A program made the position numbers and the translations under genes. From positions 1,856,416 to 1,920,415 of the forward strand of contig NC_134032.1 in NCBI RefSeq assembly GCF_964204645.1: 64,000 bases of DNA. The letters are read 5' to 3'. Source of the DNA: Tubulanus polymorphus. Taxonomy: Eukaryota > Animalia > Nemertea. Position 1 is the stretch's first letter; each line of letters starts with the position of its first letter. The notes beneath the pieces were generated by a model. It saw only the letters and a list, made by a program, of their open reading frames with translations, did not search any database and was not told where the DNA came from. Positions 1 through 14,029 of this stretch are shown here, one piece after another.

Positions 1-137
1 ATATTTTTCACGTCAGTTCAGTTGGTTTACCACGACTAACAAAATAAGTCGCCGCGAGTAAAATAAATTCTCGCCATCTCGTCGAAAAGCTTGTAAACGA
101 ATTCGAAAACCGAGATGAAAATAAAGCGTAAAAGCAG

Positions 138-207
138 TGCACTCACCGGGATTCGAACCCGGGTCTCATTCGAGGAAAGCAAGCGTGTTAACCAGTAGAC
201 CAATACG
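138..207 (-). pseudogene. tRNA-like sequence (Gly/Glu-like tRNA pseudogene or SINE head)
   Basis: Minus strand reads GTATTGGTCTACTGGTTAACACGCTTGCTTTCCTCGAATGAGACCCGGGTTCGAATCCCGGTGAGTGCA, with an A box and a B box (GGTTCGAATCCC). The anticodon and acceptor stems pair poorly. A related copy lies at ~55385-55445. Confidence 0.6.
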
Positions 208-2467
208 GTTAGTCCTTGGCTCGTGGTTATACAACTTCTCATATTCATAACGACTGAATTACTAAACGTCGTATGAAGGATAACTCTTGTAAGTACAAAT
301 AAGATAAGACAGACAACAATGGGTGTCGCCATCTAGCGGGCCGACTCCGCCACTCTCTATGAATCGAGATCAATCGTATAAACATAATGCGAGATCATTG
401 TTATCTCGTTTCATCAGCGGAATATCGTTTTTTATGATTGCCATTTCATCATCATCTTTTCTTCGTCGTCGTCGTCGTCGTCGTCGTCTTTTGAGTTATT
501 ACTATTCATGAAACGACCCGGCGCGGCGCGCGGAGTCCATCTCGGCGCGATGCCGTATATTTCTAAAAATCCATTAGCGGAATTCGTACGCCGTTTGCGT
601 AATCGCCTTTTCATACAGGCGGCAGCGATCGGGCGGCCATCTTCGCATCCCTTACCCCCGTCACTCGAGGGACAGAGCGCGCACCGATACAACCGATAAA
701 AATATGCGTTGATCATATCCCGTTTTTATTTACGATGATGCACAGCGCGCGGCGGGGCGGGTGCGCGCTTTGTGCAACGTGTTTGATTTATTGTGTATGC
801 GATGCGCACTTAGCGCCGGAGCTTCGCCTACTGACTGATAACTTTCTTTCATCGACATAAAAGATCCGAATAAACCATCAATTAGATGGTATATAGTATA
901 TAAAATCGACGAAATTTTTTTACCGGCGAAATGGGCTCTCTCATCTTTGCGCACGCGCATTGATATCCTTTTCTCGTCGCTTCTTAATTGGTCTAGCGGA
1001 TCGATAGATTACGTTTAGTGATCATTATCAGAAGCAACTCCTCCGAAGACACAAGAAGAAGAACTCCCCGAATGATTTTTTAACCGAGTGAGTATAAAAA
1101 GGTGTAGTAGTTGCAGTAAAAGAGTTTTCGATATGCATTTCATTTTATAATAAAAAAGGCTTCAGGACGGGAAGTTCAAAATTGAACGTTGAAATTTGCC
1201 CTTTTCTAGTTTGGCGATTGATATGAGGACGTGATATGGGATGTGCCTTTTTTACTTTGGGGGAAAAAACGAAATGAACGCAATTTTCGAAATGCGTAGC
1301 ACCTGCTTACGGCCCTACCGTCTGTCAATCTTCGCCTGGGCCTGTGTGCAACGTGACCACGTTTGCGTTCATCCTCGCTTGCCAGGGGTTCGGTATAGCT
1401 ACCCGAACTCGCTTCCACCACCAGCGCCCCCTGGCCTCACGATGCGTGATTTCTGGATTACTGGCGCTGTTGGCGCATGACGTCATATATGGATTTGCGA
1501 AATACTTCCTTGTTCGGTAAAACGTTCGCTTATTGGTCGATTTTAAATCGGGAAATCCAACGGATGTCTAATGTCGTTTTGTTACAAGCGCGGTGATTGG
1601 CCCGACTGGACTCTGGTCGGCTGGTAACGACTCCAATCAGTCGCGAGGTCAAGGAATTCGGGGAACAGCTTTAGCGTAGTGGGTTCGAATCCCTTGACGG
1701 GTGAAGCTGGTAATTTACAAATAATAAAGTTTGAATTCATGTCCTCATTGAAAATAAGAAGTAACCGATAGCAATAACACCAAAAATTGTGAGTTAAACT
1801 TTTTTTGTAGAACTGAACATTACATTAAAACAATCACGTCTAGATTGGGCAAAACGAAATGCGATGACGTCAGATCCGGGCACAGAAGATTGAATATTAA
1901 CGACATCACGCTTGGACTCACTGCACACAGAATATCGACGTGATTCAATCGCGATTAAAAACGAACGAATGGAATTTCGCCCGTAACGAAATGAAAAACT
2001 GTACATTTAGAACGGATAATATTTGAAATGAAATCTGTCCGGGAATGATGAATACGCGAGGCGCTCATTACCATTATTGTTATTCGACTCGAATTCCGAT
2101 CATAAATCACAAACAGCAGACGACATGCAGAGAAGGTCACGTGGTCCTAGTTCGAACCATGGAAACCGGGCGATTCTCTGATTTATAGTTTATCTAGGTT
2201 TCGCGCGCCAGATTTATTGATTAGAATGAACTTTATCGTCGAATTGATATTCGTTTTTTTTTTTCTAATGACAAATTATCGCGAGGAATAGACGATCATC
2301 GCGCCGAACGAAGCAATTAACAAATAGGAAGAAATGAACGATTTTATAGATTGATTTTGAAACTACAAATTGACTGACTCCACGCTCGACCTCTAGAAGA
2401 AATGTGGAGTTCAAATTCAGATTTTGTGAATAGTTGTGACCACTTTCACAGTCTTATACTGTATAGA

Positions 2468-2590
2468 TTAACTATATTTATTTGACGCACGAGCTTTCCG
2501 CTACTAATTAATAGAAGCTTCATTAGGCGAATGAATGGCGAAACTTCTATTCATTAGTAGCAAAAGCTCTTGCGTCAAAAAAATAGTTAA
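2468..2590. mobile_element. Small palindromic MITE
   Basis: TTAACTATATTTTATTTGACGCACGAGCTTT...AAAGCTCTTGCGTCAAAAAAATAGTTAA forms a long imperfect inverted repeat. A partial second copy lies at ~17955-18020. Confidence 0.65.
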
Positions 2591-4182
2591 GGACTACTCG
2601 TCTGGTTATTTATTGCTTGGAGAGGCTTTAGTTTATTTTATTTCCAACAAAACAGCAAAGCATTCGTTGCCTAACGCATAATCATATTTCATATTCTCTA
2701 CCTTCGGCTATTTGGCACGTTCGAGTAAAATCAACTCGTTACGGTGCGACTGGGGAACTCGGGAATCTTAATTTTGATATTCGAGTCGCCTGATGCTCAA
2801 AGTATGCTCCGCGCGCGAGTGCTGTTTTACGAGCGCGATGTTTCTCGGACCGCGGGGATTGTAAATCTAAGGTCTATCGGAACGAATCGTAGCGCCCGTC
2901 ACGCGGTCGTCTGATCCACTGAATACGTGCGCCAGGTTCAAATTCGACGAAAACGTCTCGAAAAACTGAAAGATCAACCGCGCTGAAATCAAGCGATGAA
3001 CTCCCCGGAGTGCGGGGGTACAGGCAGTCGTTAAATTCCGCGGGAGGAATAGCGCGACGTGAAGTGAATTAATTCTATATGTATGAATAATATATGTTTG
3101 AATCGTCTGTTGGCAAGGTCATCGTAGAGGTGACGCTTTAAATCGAACAAACGAGTCTAATCTAAAGAGGGGATTAGATTAGGTCGGATACAAATAAAAA
3201 TACGAAATCGAGTAAGATGACCGGTGGAAAGTATGCGAAAGATGAGAGAGGAGGGGAAAGAAAAGGAGGGGATGAAAGGATAAGGCAGATGAGTGAGGGG
3301 TGATAGGTGAGGGTATCAGGGGGTGTTGACTGGGAGAGAAAGGAGGATGGCAGATCAGCAGCCGATCCAAGGGGGGCTAATTGGGCGCCCTATTTTTTTC
3401 TGCCAAGACAACATTTTCAGAACCTGGCTTAAGAAAGTTTACAAAGTCCTAGCAAATTATTGCCCCTAATTTTGTTCTAGAATCATTGATATACAGAAGC
3501 TCAAAGATAATCCTTTTTCAAAATTTTCTTCGGTTTCCCTAAACTCCCGTTACGGAGTGCGTCTACAGTGTCTTGGGTTTTCTGCCAAAAATTATTCAAA
3601 AATGCCTGGATCCGCCGCGCGCTGCAGAGCGCGAGTGAGATAAAAAATAAAGATGAAGATGGGACATAAAAAGAGCTAAAGAGAGAAAAGAGAATAACAC
3701 AGACTGAAAACGTGTAAAAACCGATTAGTAACTGAAATTGAAGACGAAACGTTCGGCGAGTAAAAAAAAAACACAGAACACATCGGTGAAACGTCGACTG
3801 AGACAATAACAAAATAACAACTGCATTCAGCGCGCCTTAACTATTCCCTATTCGTGTAAGCCTAACAAATGACATTATTAGCGAGACGCTAGCCGTTCTC
3901 TGCGGAAAACTACTGTCAACTTTAATAACTGCGAATAACCGTAACTTCTAACGGAAAGAGCCCGGCTAATTAAACTAGGAATACGGCAAAGAGCGGAAAA
4001 CACGTCAGACCGAATCATCGTATGTTACAGTGTTTGTATATATAGCTGTAGTCGTCTGTCATCATCGCTCGTTTGAAAGCAATCATCACTCGGTTTATTT
4101 CACTCCGAGTTTCTCACTTTCTACGCGGTCGATTCCAACTATCGACGTATTATTATTTTTCTGACGTTTGCTTCGAGGCCTT

Positions 4183-4508
4183 AAATGGGATAACCCAGTG
4201 CTACTGTGGCAGGCGAGGATCCGTCTGGTGTCGCTAGTAGATGGTTGGTCGTCCGCGTTCGATTTCTTCTACATTTCAATGGAATCTGAATGAACTTTTC
4301 TCTTAAATGAATCAATCATTATATGAAAACTAAACCGATATCCAAGTAGAAGAATGAAAGTATTTCATACTTGGTGCCGTGATGAAAATATGGATGCAGG
4401 AGTCGAAAAATCCAGTTCAAAGTTCATTGAAATAACTTTGACACTGGACGACCTACTGCACGTCATGCCATCTGGTGGGATAGCTGGTTTTTCGGGTACC
4501 CCATTCGT
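4183..4508 (+). mobile_element. MITE family A, full copy with convergent CTCF-like motifs
   Basis: Ends AATGGGATAACCCAG / GGGTACCCCATTC (family TIR consensus about GAATGGGGTACCCGCAG). The internal sequence is shared with copies at ~14.0, 25.2, 29.4, 37.3, 39.3, 40.1 and 48.7 kb. Confidence 0.8.
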
Positions 4509-4925
4509 CATCAGACCACGATGTTTACTGCCCATTTCCCCCACAAGTCGGTGGCCAGCATGCTTCGCCTTCGATTTTGTTCCTTGCCATATCAAATATG
4601 AAAATAGCCGCACAAAGCAGCGACTAAAAGTTATGACCTACAACTCTAATTTTCTAAATAATCGCAGGATCTTTGAAAAGACGGATCTAGATACGACACC
4701 TTAGTAATTATAAGTTGAAGTATAACTGATTTGTAAGCCTGTAGACATCTCGCTAGTAAGAGGAATATAAAACTCGTAGAGAATCGAGTGAAAGGTTATA
4801 TACCCTGTGTACCAAGTATTATCATACCTAATCGGTTAATTCGTTCATTTGTCAAAATCGCCACCTAGTTGGAAAACGATGTACTAAATGGTCATTGTGT
4901 AATGCTATATGCACGTATAACACAG

Positions 4926-5031
4926 GGTCCAGTTCCACAGTTCTGAGTTAAGATTTCACCCTGGGTCAAAACATTGAAAATGAACTAACTTTAACTCAGA
5001 GTTAACTCTAACTCACAACTGTGGAACTGGG
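4926..5031 (+). mobile_element. MITE family B (PIF/Harbinger-like, ~110 bp)
   Basis: TIR GGTCCAGTTCCACAGTT...AACTGTGGAACTGG. Copies at 15284, 41894, 50194/50243 and 61469. Confidence 0.85.
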
Positions 5032-6329
5032 TGGAGGACGTTTCTTAATAGCAAGTATAGGACCACCTTTGACTGATGACGTCACGTCACAAAATGATTT
5101 TCCATCACCCCGCAAGAGGGAGCGCTTTCTTTTTACAGGAGAGGCCGTTAACTCGACAATCTCATCCAAACATCACCCCCCCCCCCTGAGCCATTAGATT
5201 CGCCACAACTAAAAACGGAAATCCGTTTCCGCCGCGGCGTTAAAACAGTTAACTCTCGCTGCGACCGGAAGATGGCGTTCAACGAGCACTTTCCTCTTAA
5301 CTCTTAAAATCGTTTATTTTTCCTCGCGATAAATAACCGAAAGGAATTCGAATCACGCTGTTTTCAAGAATGGTTATTTGATCGGCCCTGATTTATCCAC
5401 GCCACTCACTCCTTCTTTCGCGGTATCTTTTTTTTTTAATAAACAGCAGCGATTTTCAACAGGTCTCAAGTGAATAAATCGTCGCCTTTACTACAATGTT
5501 GCAACGACGTACATTCTACTCGGCGTCTGTCTCCTCTCTCTCTCTCTCCTCTCAACCCGGTCTCTCTGAAACTGATTTCGAAAGACTCTCTCATTCAAAG
5601 GCTCTCGGTATTTTAATCGCGCGGTCCTTCTCGATTCCGATCGGATCATGAGAGACCCGTATTGAATCGCTAGCAGCAATTCCTCGTCTCCGAACCGCAC
5701 TTTTCATACTCGTTTGGCGCGTGTAGCACCGGGCTACTTCAACGCGAACAAGATCGTCTGTTGTTAACCGGATAAGATGTCACGGAACGCCGCAGGTGCC
5801 CGTCTCCACGCACCCTTGAGAGGCCGTAAACGGTTTAATTTAACCGGCGAATAATCGCGGGTGATTTCGTGTGCGCCTGTTATCGTCGGGTTTCGACATA
5901 ACGAGTGTCGTTGACTGTAAACAGATCACAGAAAAAAAGATAAAAAGCAGCCACGATTTCAGGCATCCTCAAGACTCGTTAAACAACAGCCTTGATTTCT
6001 GATCTCCAGACTGAGCTTTATTCAGTCTTGCTTTTTGTTCACTCAGACCTGGCAGTGGTTGTCTCCACAGTGTTCTCCGTCGCTCTACGATCCCAGAAGC
6101 TTCCTGACGTCCAGGAGTTAACTAAAGTCTCGATATCCGACGCACCGGACTAAATCTAAGTCTTGATTTCTTTCAGATTTGAAATTCAGCTCGGAGTTAT
6201 GACAGTGACTCCGCACTAAACTAATCAATCTTGGATCCTGACAACAACCAGGAGCAAATTACAGCCTTGCTTTCTGGCACACTTAAAACTTAAGTCTTGA
6301 TTTGTGACAACTCCGATTAAAGCACGGCT

Positions 6330-6750
6330 CTTAGAAGCAGTCTTGATTTCAGAGACACCGGATTAAAGTTCGGCATCGATTTCCGACAAACCGGACTGAA
6401 CTCCAGTCTAGATTTCTAACAACCCGGACTCAACTCCAGTATAGATTTCTAACAACCCGGACTAAAATCCAGTCTAGATTTATAACATCCCGGACTAAAC
6501 TCCAGTCTAGATTTCTAACAACCCGGACTAAACTCCAGTCTAGATTTCTAACAACCCAGACTAAAGTCCAGTCTAGATTTCTAACAACCCGGACTTAAAT
6601 CCAGTCTAGATTTCTAACAACCCGGACTAAAATCCAGTCTAGATTTCTAACAACCCGGACTTAAATCCAGTCTAGATTTCAAATAACCCGGATAAAAAGT
6701 CCAGCCTATATTTCTGACAACCCAGACTAAACTCCACTTTAGATTTCTAA
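6330..6750. repeat. 33-bp minisatellite (CCGGACTAAACTCCAGTCTAGATTTCTAACAAC)
   Basis: About 11 well-conserved units with a 33-bp period. More degenerate units extend leftward toward ~5950. Confidence 0.9.
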
Positions 6751-7779
6751 GCTACAACTTTATGATCCTATAAACCAAACGACATCTGAAGCTTTATAGT
6801 TTGAAAATATTCTCAGTCTAATTTCGTTTCTATTGATTGTCATGACATCACACACGACAAAAACCAGACAAGAACTTCTGAGTAACAATTTCAAAAACCG
6901 AGACCGACGTCAATACACTTTTCACCCACAGAGTCGTACGTCAATTTCTATTCAATTTAGATCACACACAACCGCCGCACTCATGAGGAGTGCTCCAGAC
7001 GAAAATCAAATTATTGACATCAAAAAGCGGTGCGAAATAACTGTTTATTTAGGCGCTATGAGTCGCGTTGCGGTTCTTTTTTTCTGTCAAAAAAGCCGAG
7101 GAAATATCTTTGCGAAAATCGCCGATAATTCGTAATCACTCGGTCGAATTTGCCGAGTCTCTCGACGCAGAAAACCCGTGATCGTAAAGCAATCGATAAT
7201 AATTTTTCGCATACGCGCACGCATATAACACGCCGAACGATTTTCCGTATGGTTTCCTTACGTTTTTCACGAGACTCGAAGCGAAATCGAAGTGAAATTG
7301 AATTCTGAATGGATCAATGGATTCTCGTGGCCGCCGTTTCGTCGGTACAGACAGACACGTCAACTCGAAGCAGAACGTAAGTTGGTCGTTGACGTGGCGA
7401 CGCGACAATTCGCCTCCATTCATCACGTTCATTTTCATCTCGTTTCGCGTCTCGTCGAAAAGCGAAATATCTTATGAAATTCTACGCGCGTGACGAATGA
7501 ATAATTGATTCGAATTTCGACGTTTTAGCGCGACGACTTTCAAGCGGAACACACGAGATGGAATAAGTGGATTTAATAGCAAGAGCTCACCCTAGAAGAA
7601 AAAACGAAATTGCAGAACTTCTACGGTGGGGAGCTCACTACAGTTATATATCTCCTTTTCAAAGCTTCCGGAGAAATAAAAATTTCTACGGAAGCGCCTT
7701 GTGGACATATCTATCTAAAAGAATTCGAGGTTAATTTCGAGTTTGTTTAAAAATAATTTGAAAGAGGAAATTCATGCAG

Positions 7780-8350
7780 TAGCCTTCCTTTCTAGAAATA
7801 TCTATAGGGACAATTTGATGATGTCATAGGGGGATTTTATGTGGAAGCCTTCCTTAGTAGAAATATCTACAGGGACAATTTGATGATGTCATAGGGGGAT
7901 TTTATGTAGTAGCCTGTCTTTCCGTAAATGTATATTAGGAAAATTTGATGATGTCATAGGGGGATTTCATGTAGAAGCCTTCCTTTGTAGAAATATCTAT
8001 ATGGACAATTCGATGATGTCATAGGGGGATTTTATTTAGTAGCCTTCCTTTCCGTAAATGTATATTAGGAAAATTTGATGATGTCATAGGGGGATTTTAT
8101 GTAGAAGCCTTCCTTTGTAGAAATATCTTTATGGACAATTTGATGATGTCATAGGGGGATTTTATGTAGTAGCCTACCTTTCCGTAAATGTATATTAGGA
8201 CAATTTGATGATGTCATAGGGGGATTTTATGTTGTAGCCTGCCTTTCCGTAAATGTATATTAGGAAAATTTGATGATGTCATAGGGGGATTTCATGTAGC
8301 AAACTTCATTTCTGGACTTGTAGACGGGAGAGTGATGATATCATAGGGAG
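7780..8350. repeat. 65-bp minisatellite with two alternating variants
   Basis: GATGATGTCATAGGGGGATT recurs at 7817, 7882, 7947, 8012, 8077, 8142, 8207 and 8272. Confidence 0.92.
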
Positions 8351-8929
8351 TCGCATAATGTGTAGCCGCGTTCTATTCCGGAAATGTCTATAAGGATATT
8401 CCATAAGAGGATTTTGTCTTTATTTCTGGACAGGTGTATCGGGGTTATTTGACGATGTAATTTGGGGATTTATGTAGCAATATCATTTGGATGATGCATC
8501 GACACAATTAACACTGTATAATCAGTAACCTACGTAACTATCTTCCGCAATATACCAAGCTTCGTAATGGTCAGTAACTAGGGTCTAGTATATACGAGGG
8601 GCTGTCCGTGTTAAGGTCCTATCTGAAGGGCCTGCGTATCGAAGCTCAGCGTCTCGCTGTCACTGTTGAGAAAAATAGAGAGTCGAGGAGAAAAAGAGAA
8701 AGAATGATTTGACATTTTAATTCGATAAAGATTAATTCGCCTTCCATTAAAGCGATGAGACGATATCTGCGCCGCAGGATTCCACCAATCCATCGCGCAC
8801 GAGTTTACTACGATCGGAATCGCTTTAATCACTTATCATCTGAGTTTTATGCGACACTTCTCCATTTAAAAATTCGTATCGCCGTTCGTACTGAGGATAT
8901 CCGAGGTTGTGGACAATCCCCGCCCTCTC

Positions 8930-9422
8930 TACTGTCTGTCACACATGCTCTTCGTGCGACGTTTTGGTCCGTAATTTCGTTCATAATCGGTTGATCTGTA
9001 AATATTATGCATCAATTTGTTCAGTAAGGAATTTGCATTCAGAAATTAATCATGAACTGGCAGAAATTTGTTTGTGTTTTCTTCTATCAGCGATAGTTTA
9101 CCTAGCATACGCTCGCGTAATGCTGAAAAACGGCTTTTATGGCCCGTCACGTGGCGCCACCTACTGTATTCTGATATGCTAATGAGCAGGTGATGACGTC
9201 ACTGTAACGTTTCCGAGCGGATGTTTCAGCATTACGCGAGCGTATGCCGAGTAAACTATCGCTCATAAATGAAAACAAAAACAACTTTAGTGAAAATTGT
9301 TGTTTATTTCTGAATGCAAATCCCTTACTGAACAAATTGATGCGTAATAAAAGTAGATAAACCGATTATTAACGAAATTACGGACCAAAACGTCGCACGG
9401 AGAGTAGGTATGACAGACAGTA
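8930..9422. mobile_element. MITE family F with ~200-bp terminal inverted repeats
   Basis: TACTGTCTGTCA...TGACAGACAGTA ends. Inner arms such as GCATACGCTCGCGTAATGCTGAAA / TTTCAGCATTACGCGAGCGTATGC. Second copy at ~51517-52000. Confidence 0.85.
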
Positions 9423-11909
9423 AGCCCGCGGTGCGTGGTTTGTTTAGACTGAAGAGTTTAGTAAAGGCTAACACGTACGATACGGGAAACTACATGAGAC
9501 GGAAACATGTTTGCGACTGTTTCCCTGCATCGCGTGCGTTTAATACCAGAAACGATAAACATGGTATCCGGAAAAAAATTTTCCGAAATCGAGCATAACT
9601 TGGGCTTGAACCATTTTACAGTTGCTAGCCGCCATTTTGTCACGGTAACTTTTTCCTGCTGTCTTGTCGGTTGATCAGTGTTTTCTCGCCTCAGACTGTT
9701 TACGATGCGTGTTTAACTATATATATACTTCGTCTATCCTTGAATGGATTTAGACATTCTAACCACACGAATCTCTGCATTTCAGTTATACAAAATTCAT
9801 TTCACTTGTTTGCAACGATACGAAATGAGAGCGCTATTAGTGATACACTCCTTAGATTTTGGGTAATATTCAAATGAAAATCTTAAGATTGTTACAAAAA
9901 CTGTTTATTTTGGAGATTTTCTGGTCGAGTTCCTCGAAAAAGTCAAAACCGATTTTTTTTTTAATTACAGTTCAATACGCACTTCATACTCGTACGCAAC
10001 CGCCGATATATAGCCTTCCTTTATACGTCCGTGATACAGAACAACAAGCCCGTATAACACGATACCGCATAGTGTCATTTCCCCTCCTAACGGCGCCCGT
10101 TACAACACGGCGACATACAGTTGCCTTTGAAGCCACGAACTCGGGGCGAATAACAAATTAATTTCATCAAGGGGGTGTCCATTGGCGACAAAATATGTTC
10201 GCGAAAAGAGCGCACTTGTTGTTTGTTTACCCCAGCGCGACAAGAGACGTCGTTGACCTCGGCGAAACTCCCCGAAGAGGGGAACGCGTTTACCGCCATA
10301 CATGGCAATGAATACTAAACGGCTACATAACGGCTACAGCGCTCCGTCCGCGACGGTGAAGAAAAAATAACGTGGACAAAGAAATCGCAAAATAAACCTT
10401 AAACATCCGGGGTTATAGGTAACCGCGGAGCGCTGTTGATACAACCACTTCTACTGGACCGCGTGAAGTGGCTAAAAGACCCATCTACACATAAATCCTT
10501 AATTGCCAATCTACACGAGAAAAAAAACAGTCTCCTAAAAGCCAGTTCCAACGGTTTAGCGCCTCCATGTAGACGGGCCTATAGAGATTGGGCTATTATT
10601 GAGATTGGGCTACTTTGAGATTGGGCTATCTTTGAGACTGGGCTATTTCGGAGCGAAGCTCGCAAACGTATCATCTTAAGAATCGAATTCAGCCCCAAAC
10701 CAAGACAATTTTCATAAAGTGACTCAAAGTTTCAGTATAGTCATGATGGCAAAGTATTGTAAGGAGGCTGGACATAATCATCCAAGCAGCCAGATGGTGG
10801 TCTGATTATTGATAACCCGCGAATCAGTCGGGGTTGCGAGGGAATCTATGCTCGCTCAGCGCGTATCGACTCGTCGATGTAAAGATCGCGCGGAATGCGG
10901 GGAGCGGAGCGAGAATGACCCGCGGGGGTCAACTCCGGCGATTCGCTTTCGCATTCGATCGCGGGCAGGGACTGAGCCGCGTATTAACGCAATTATATAA
11001 ACAGTCGCCGCGCAGTGGCGGTCAGCGGCAACCCCTGCAGCGCTCGCGATCACCTTTCTTCCGTTACCAAATAAGCGGCATAATTTCAGCCGGAGTGTCC
11101 GGTCTAGCAGCAACATCGAATTATCCTTAAATATTTGTATAAAGGAGCTAAACATGCATACATCGCTGAGGCGGCGCGAATTGCTAATACTCTCAGTCGT
11201 GTTGATAGACAATCCAGTTATGTCCAGTCGGTGATGTCTCTATATATACAAGGATCTACATCTTTATGAGGTGATAAGTCGGTGTTGATTCTGGTTTTCT
11301 GACCGCTGAAGGCGGTACACAGTTGCGCGAGTCTGTTATCTAGTTATTCCCGGGGTCGCGCAACGTCGTGAAGCCGTTTCTCGTCACCGCCGATATGTAT
11401 ATATATATGGCGTCATCAAATACCGGAAGCCATGTAATTGCAGACGTTTCCTCCGAGCTGCTGGCTCGGCGCCAACGTCGGTTCTTTCATCGACTGTTTT
11501 TTTTATCCTCTTGATCGCTCGTCCATCCTTTAGAAAATTATTAAAAAAGACGTTAATGTCTTTTTTCGGATCTGCCTAATGACCTACTTCGCTCGACTAT
11601 ATACTCTCACTGTATCCACTCTCACGGTATCCACTATCTCTGTATCCACTCTGTATTTATCCACACTCTTTGTATCCTGCACTTTCCTCTTATCTATCAC
11701 CTCACTTCCGTATAACCTTTCACCCCTCACTCCCACTGCCCTCTCATTCTCTTATCCGCTCTCTCGCCCTCCCTCCCACCCCCTTTCTCTCTTTCCCTCT
11801 CTTAACCTCGCTTCCAACAAACTTAACAGCTCACTCTATTCAACTGCCCGTCTCCGTCTCTTACTCTTTCTAAACCGCCTTCCGCTCCCCCTCTCTCTTT
11901 CTCTCGCAC

Positions 11910-12577
11910 TCTCTCTAACTCTCTCTCGCACTCTCTCTAACTCTCTCTCTAACTCTCTCTCTAACTCTCTCTCTAACTCTCTCTCTAACTCTCTCTCTAA
12001 CTCTCTCTCTAACTCTCTCTCTAACTCTCTCTCTAACTCTCTCTCTAACTCTCTCTCTAACTCTCTCTCTAACTCTCTCTCTAACTCTCTCTCTAACTCT
12101 CTCTCTAACTCTCTCTCTAACTCTCTCTCTAACTCTCTCTCTAACTCTCTCTCTAACTCTCTCTCTAACTCTCTCTCTAACTCTCTCTCTAACTCTCTCT
12201 CTAACTCTCTCTCTCTAACTCTCTCTCTCTCTAACTCTCTCTCTAACTCTCTCTCTAACTCTCTCTCTAACTCTCTCTCTAACTCTCTCTCTAACTCTCT
12301 CTCTAACTCTCTCTCTAACTCTCTCTCTAACTCTCTCTCTAACTCTCTCTCTAACTCTCTCTCTAACTCTCTCTCTAACTCTCTCTCTAACTCTCTCTCT
12401 AACTCTCTCTCTAACTCTCTCTCTAACTCTCTCTCTAACTCTCTCTCTAACTCTCTCTCTCTAACTCTCTCTCTCTCTAACTCTCTCTCTAACTCTCTCT
12501 CTAACTCTCTCTCTAACTCTCTCTCTAACTCTCTCTCTAACTCTCTCTCTAACTCTCTCTCTAACTCTCTCTCTAAC
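11910..12577. repeat. (CTCTCTCTCTAA)n 12-bp microsatellite
   Basis: Read directly. It explains the 354-aa SNSL ORF. Confidence 0.98.
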
Positions 12578-12993
12578 TCCTGCCCATCTCTCCCGCTCCC
12601 ATCTCACGCCGGAAAAACACGACAGTCCCCGAATCGATGTTAATAGCAACAGAATCGAGCGGGTGCTTCTTTCGACAAGGGCGTCAATATCTATAGTGGA
12701 TCCACTTTCTCCGTTGGAACGTGAGGCATGTTGGATGCGGACGGCTATGCATTTTTAGCGCAATTTTCCATCATCGCAACCAACCCTGCACGCTACCCGA
12801 CATAAATAGAGCGTTCATTTTAGGTGGGATAAAATCCATTGCTATCAATCGCGACGGTGAATGACAAGATGATTTTTAGCTTCGGTGACTTCGACGGCCT
12901 ATTTTACATTCTTCGCGTAGTTATCGTGAATCAGCGCAATCTAGCCAATCAACGCGCCGTCATGTTATTTTACATAATGGTTATGCAAATCAG

Positions 12994-13131
12994 GGGCCAG
13001 TTGCACAGTCGTGACTTAAGTCCAAAAGTGGTCTTAAATCTTAAGACTGGTCCTAAGTTGTTAGATTGACTATAGAATTAAGTTGGTCTTAGACTGGTCT
13101 TAAGTCTAAGTCATGACTATGCAACAGGCCC
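12994..13131. mobile_element. MITE family C (PIF/Harbinger-like)
   Basis: CAG|GGGCCAGTTGCACAGTC...GACTATGCAACAGGCCC|CAG gives a TIR plus a 3-bp CAG duplication. Copies at 35651 and 48461, fragment at ~38155-38230. Confidence 0.85.
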
Positions 13132-14029
13132 CAGGTTTATTGTATTGCATTTTCTTGAATTAAGGTGTATTCCACGTTCATGATGTTCATGAACGTCTGG
13201 AGTCAACACAGTTTGAACGTGTTCAATAAGATACGCCGAACTATACGTGGTTCTTTCCGGCGAATAATCACGCATAACATTTGCATATATAATTATCGTA
13301 TGTAGACACGATTGGGATCCGTGTGAATAAAAATTTACATATATGATAATGAAGATGTAGACTTTACTGGCGACTGTTGTGTTTAGAGTCTCGTAGACCG
13401 ATATATCCGGCCAACGAACGCGTCATCATCACGTGGCAATAGGAGCCTTGCATCAGGACCCAACCTTCACCTTCCCTTTCGTTCCCCGCGCGTCTAATGC
13501 TTCCGAAAATAATCGACTTTAAAATCGATCAAATATCGCAACTGATTTACGCAGTTTGACCCGTGTAAACCGCTGTGCGCTGTAAGCCAGTAATTGGTCG
13601 CTAGTAACCGAGGCTCTTTCCCATTTTAGATAGAAACAGAGAGCGGAATATTTTGCATTTCGCGTCTAATGCCTGCTTAAGCCGTGCCGTGAATGGTTTA
13701 GTTCCAGTCTATTTTCTATTCAATATAGAAACATCGCGATGGCTTTTATTGATAAACGTCTTAAAGCTCACAACCGCAAAATGCTACGACGAAAAACGCG
13801 TCAGAGATATAATATCTGAATTGATTCGCAAAAACAGCAGAAAACAGCGCGTATAATATGGCGTATGGTGATTTTAGGCGGATGAATCTGCCATTCTTAC
13901 CGTAATCGGTGTTCTCTGCGAGTCATTCTAGAATTGGGTTTTCATTTGAGCGGGGAATCATTGTTACCTGACAAGTTCAATAATATTCGGCTAACATTTT
14001 TGATAAACTATAGTTATCGCGCAACACAA

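Noticed and set aside
138-207. Functional tRNA gene
   Set aside because: The acceptor and anticodon stems do not pair properly and there is no clean cloverleaf. Kept only as tRNA-like.
6330-6750. 33-bp repeat as an 11-aa coding repeat
   Set aside because: Variant units introduce TAA in the otherwise open frames on both strands.
11579-12643. 354-aa ORF (SNSL repeats)
   Set aside because: It is the translation of a 12-bp microsatellite.
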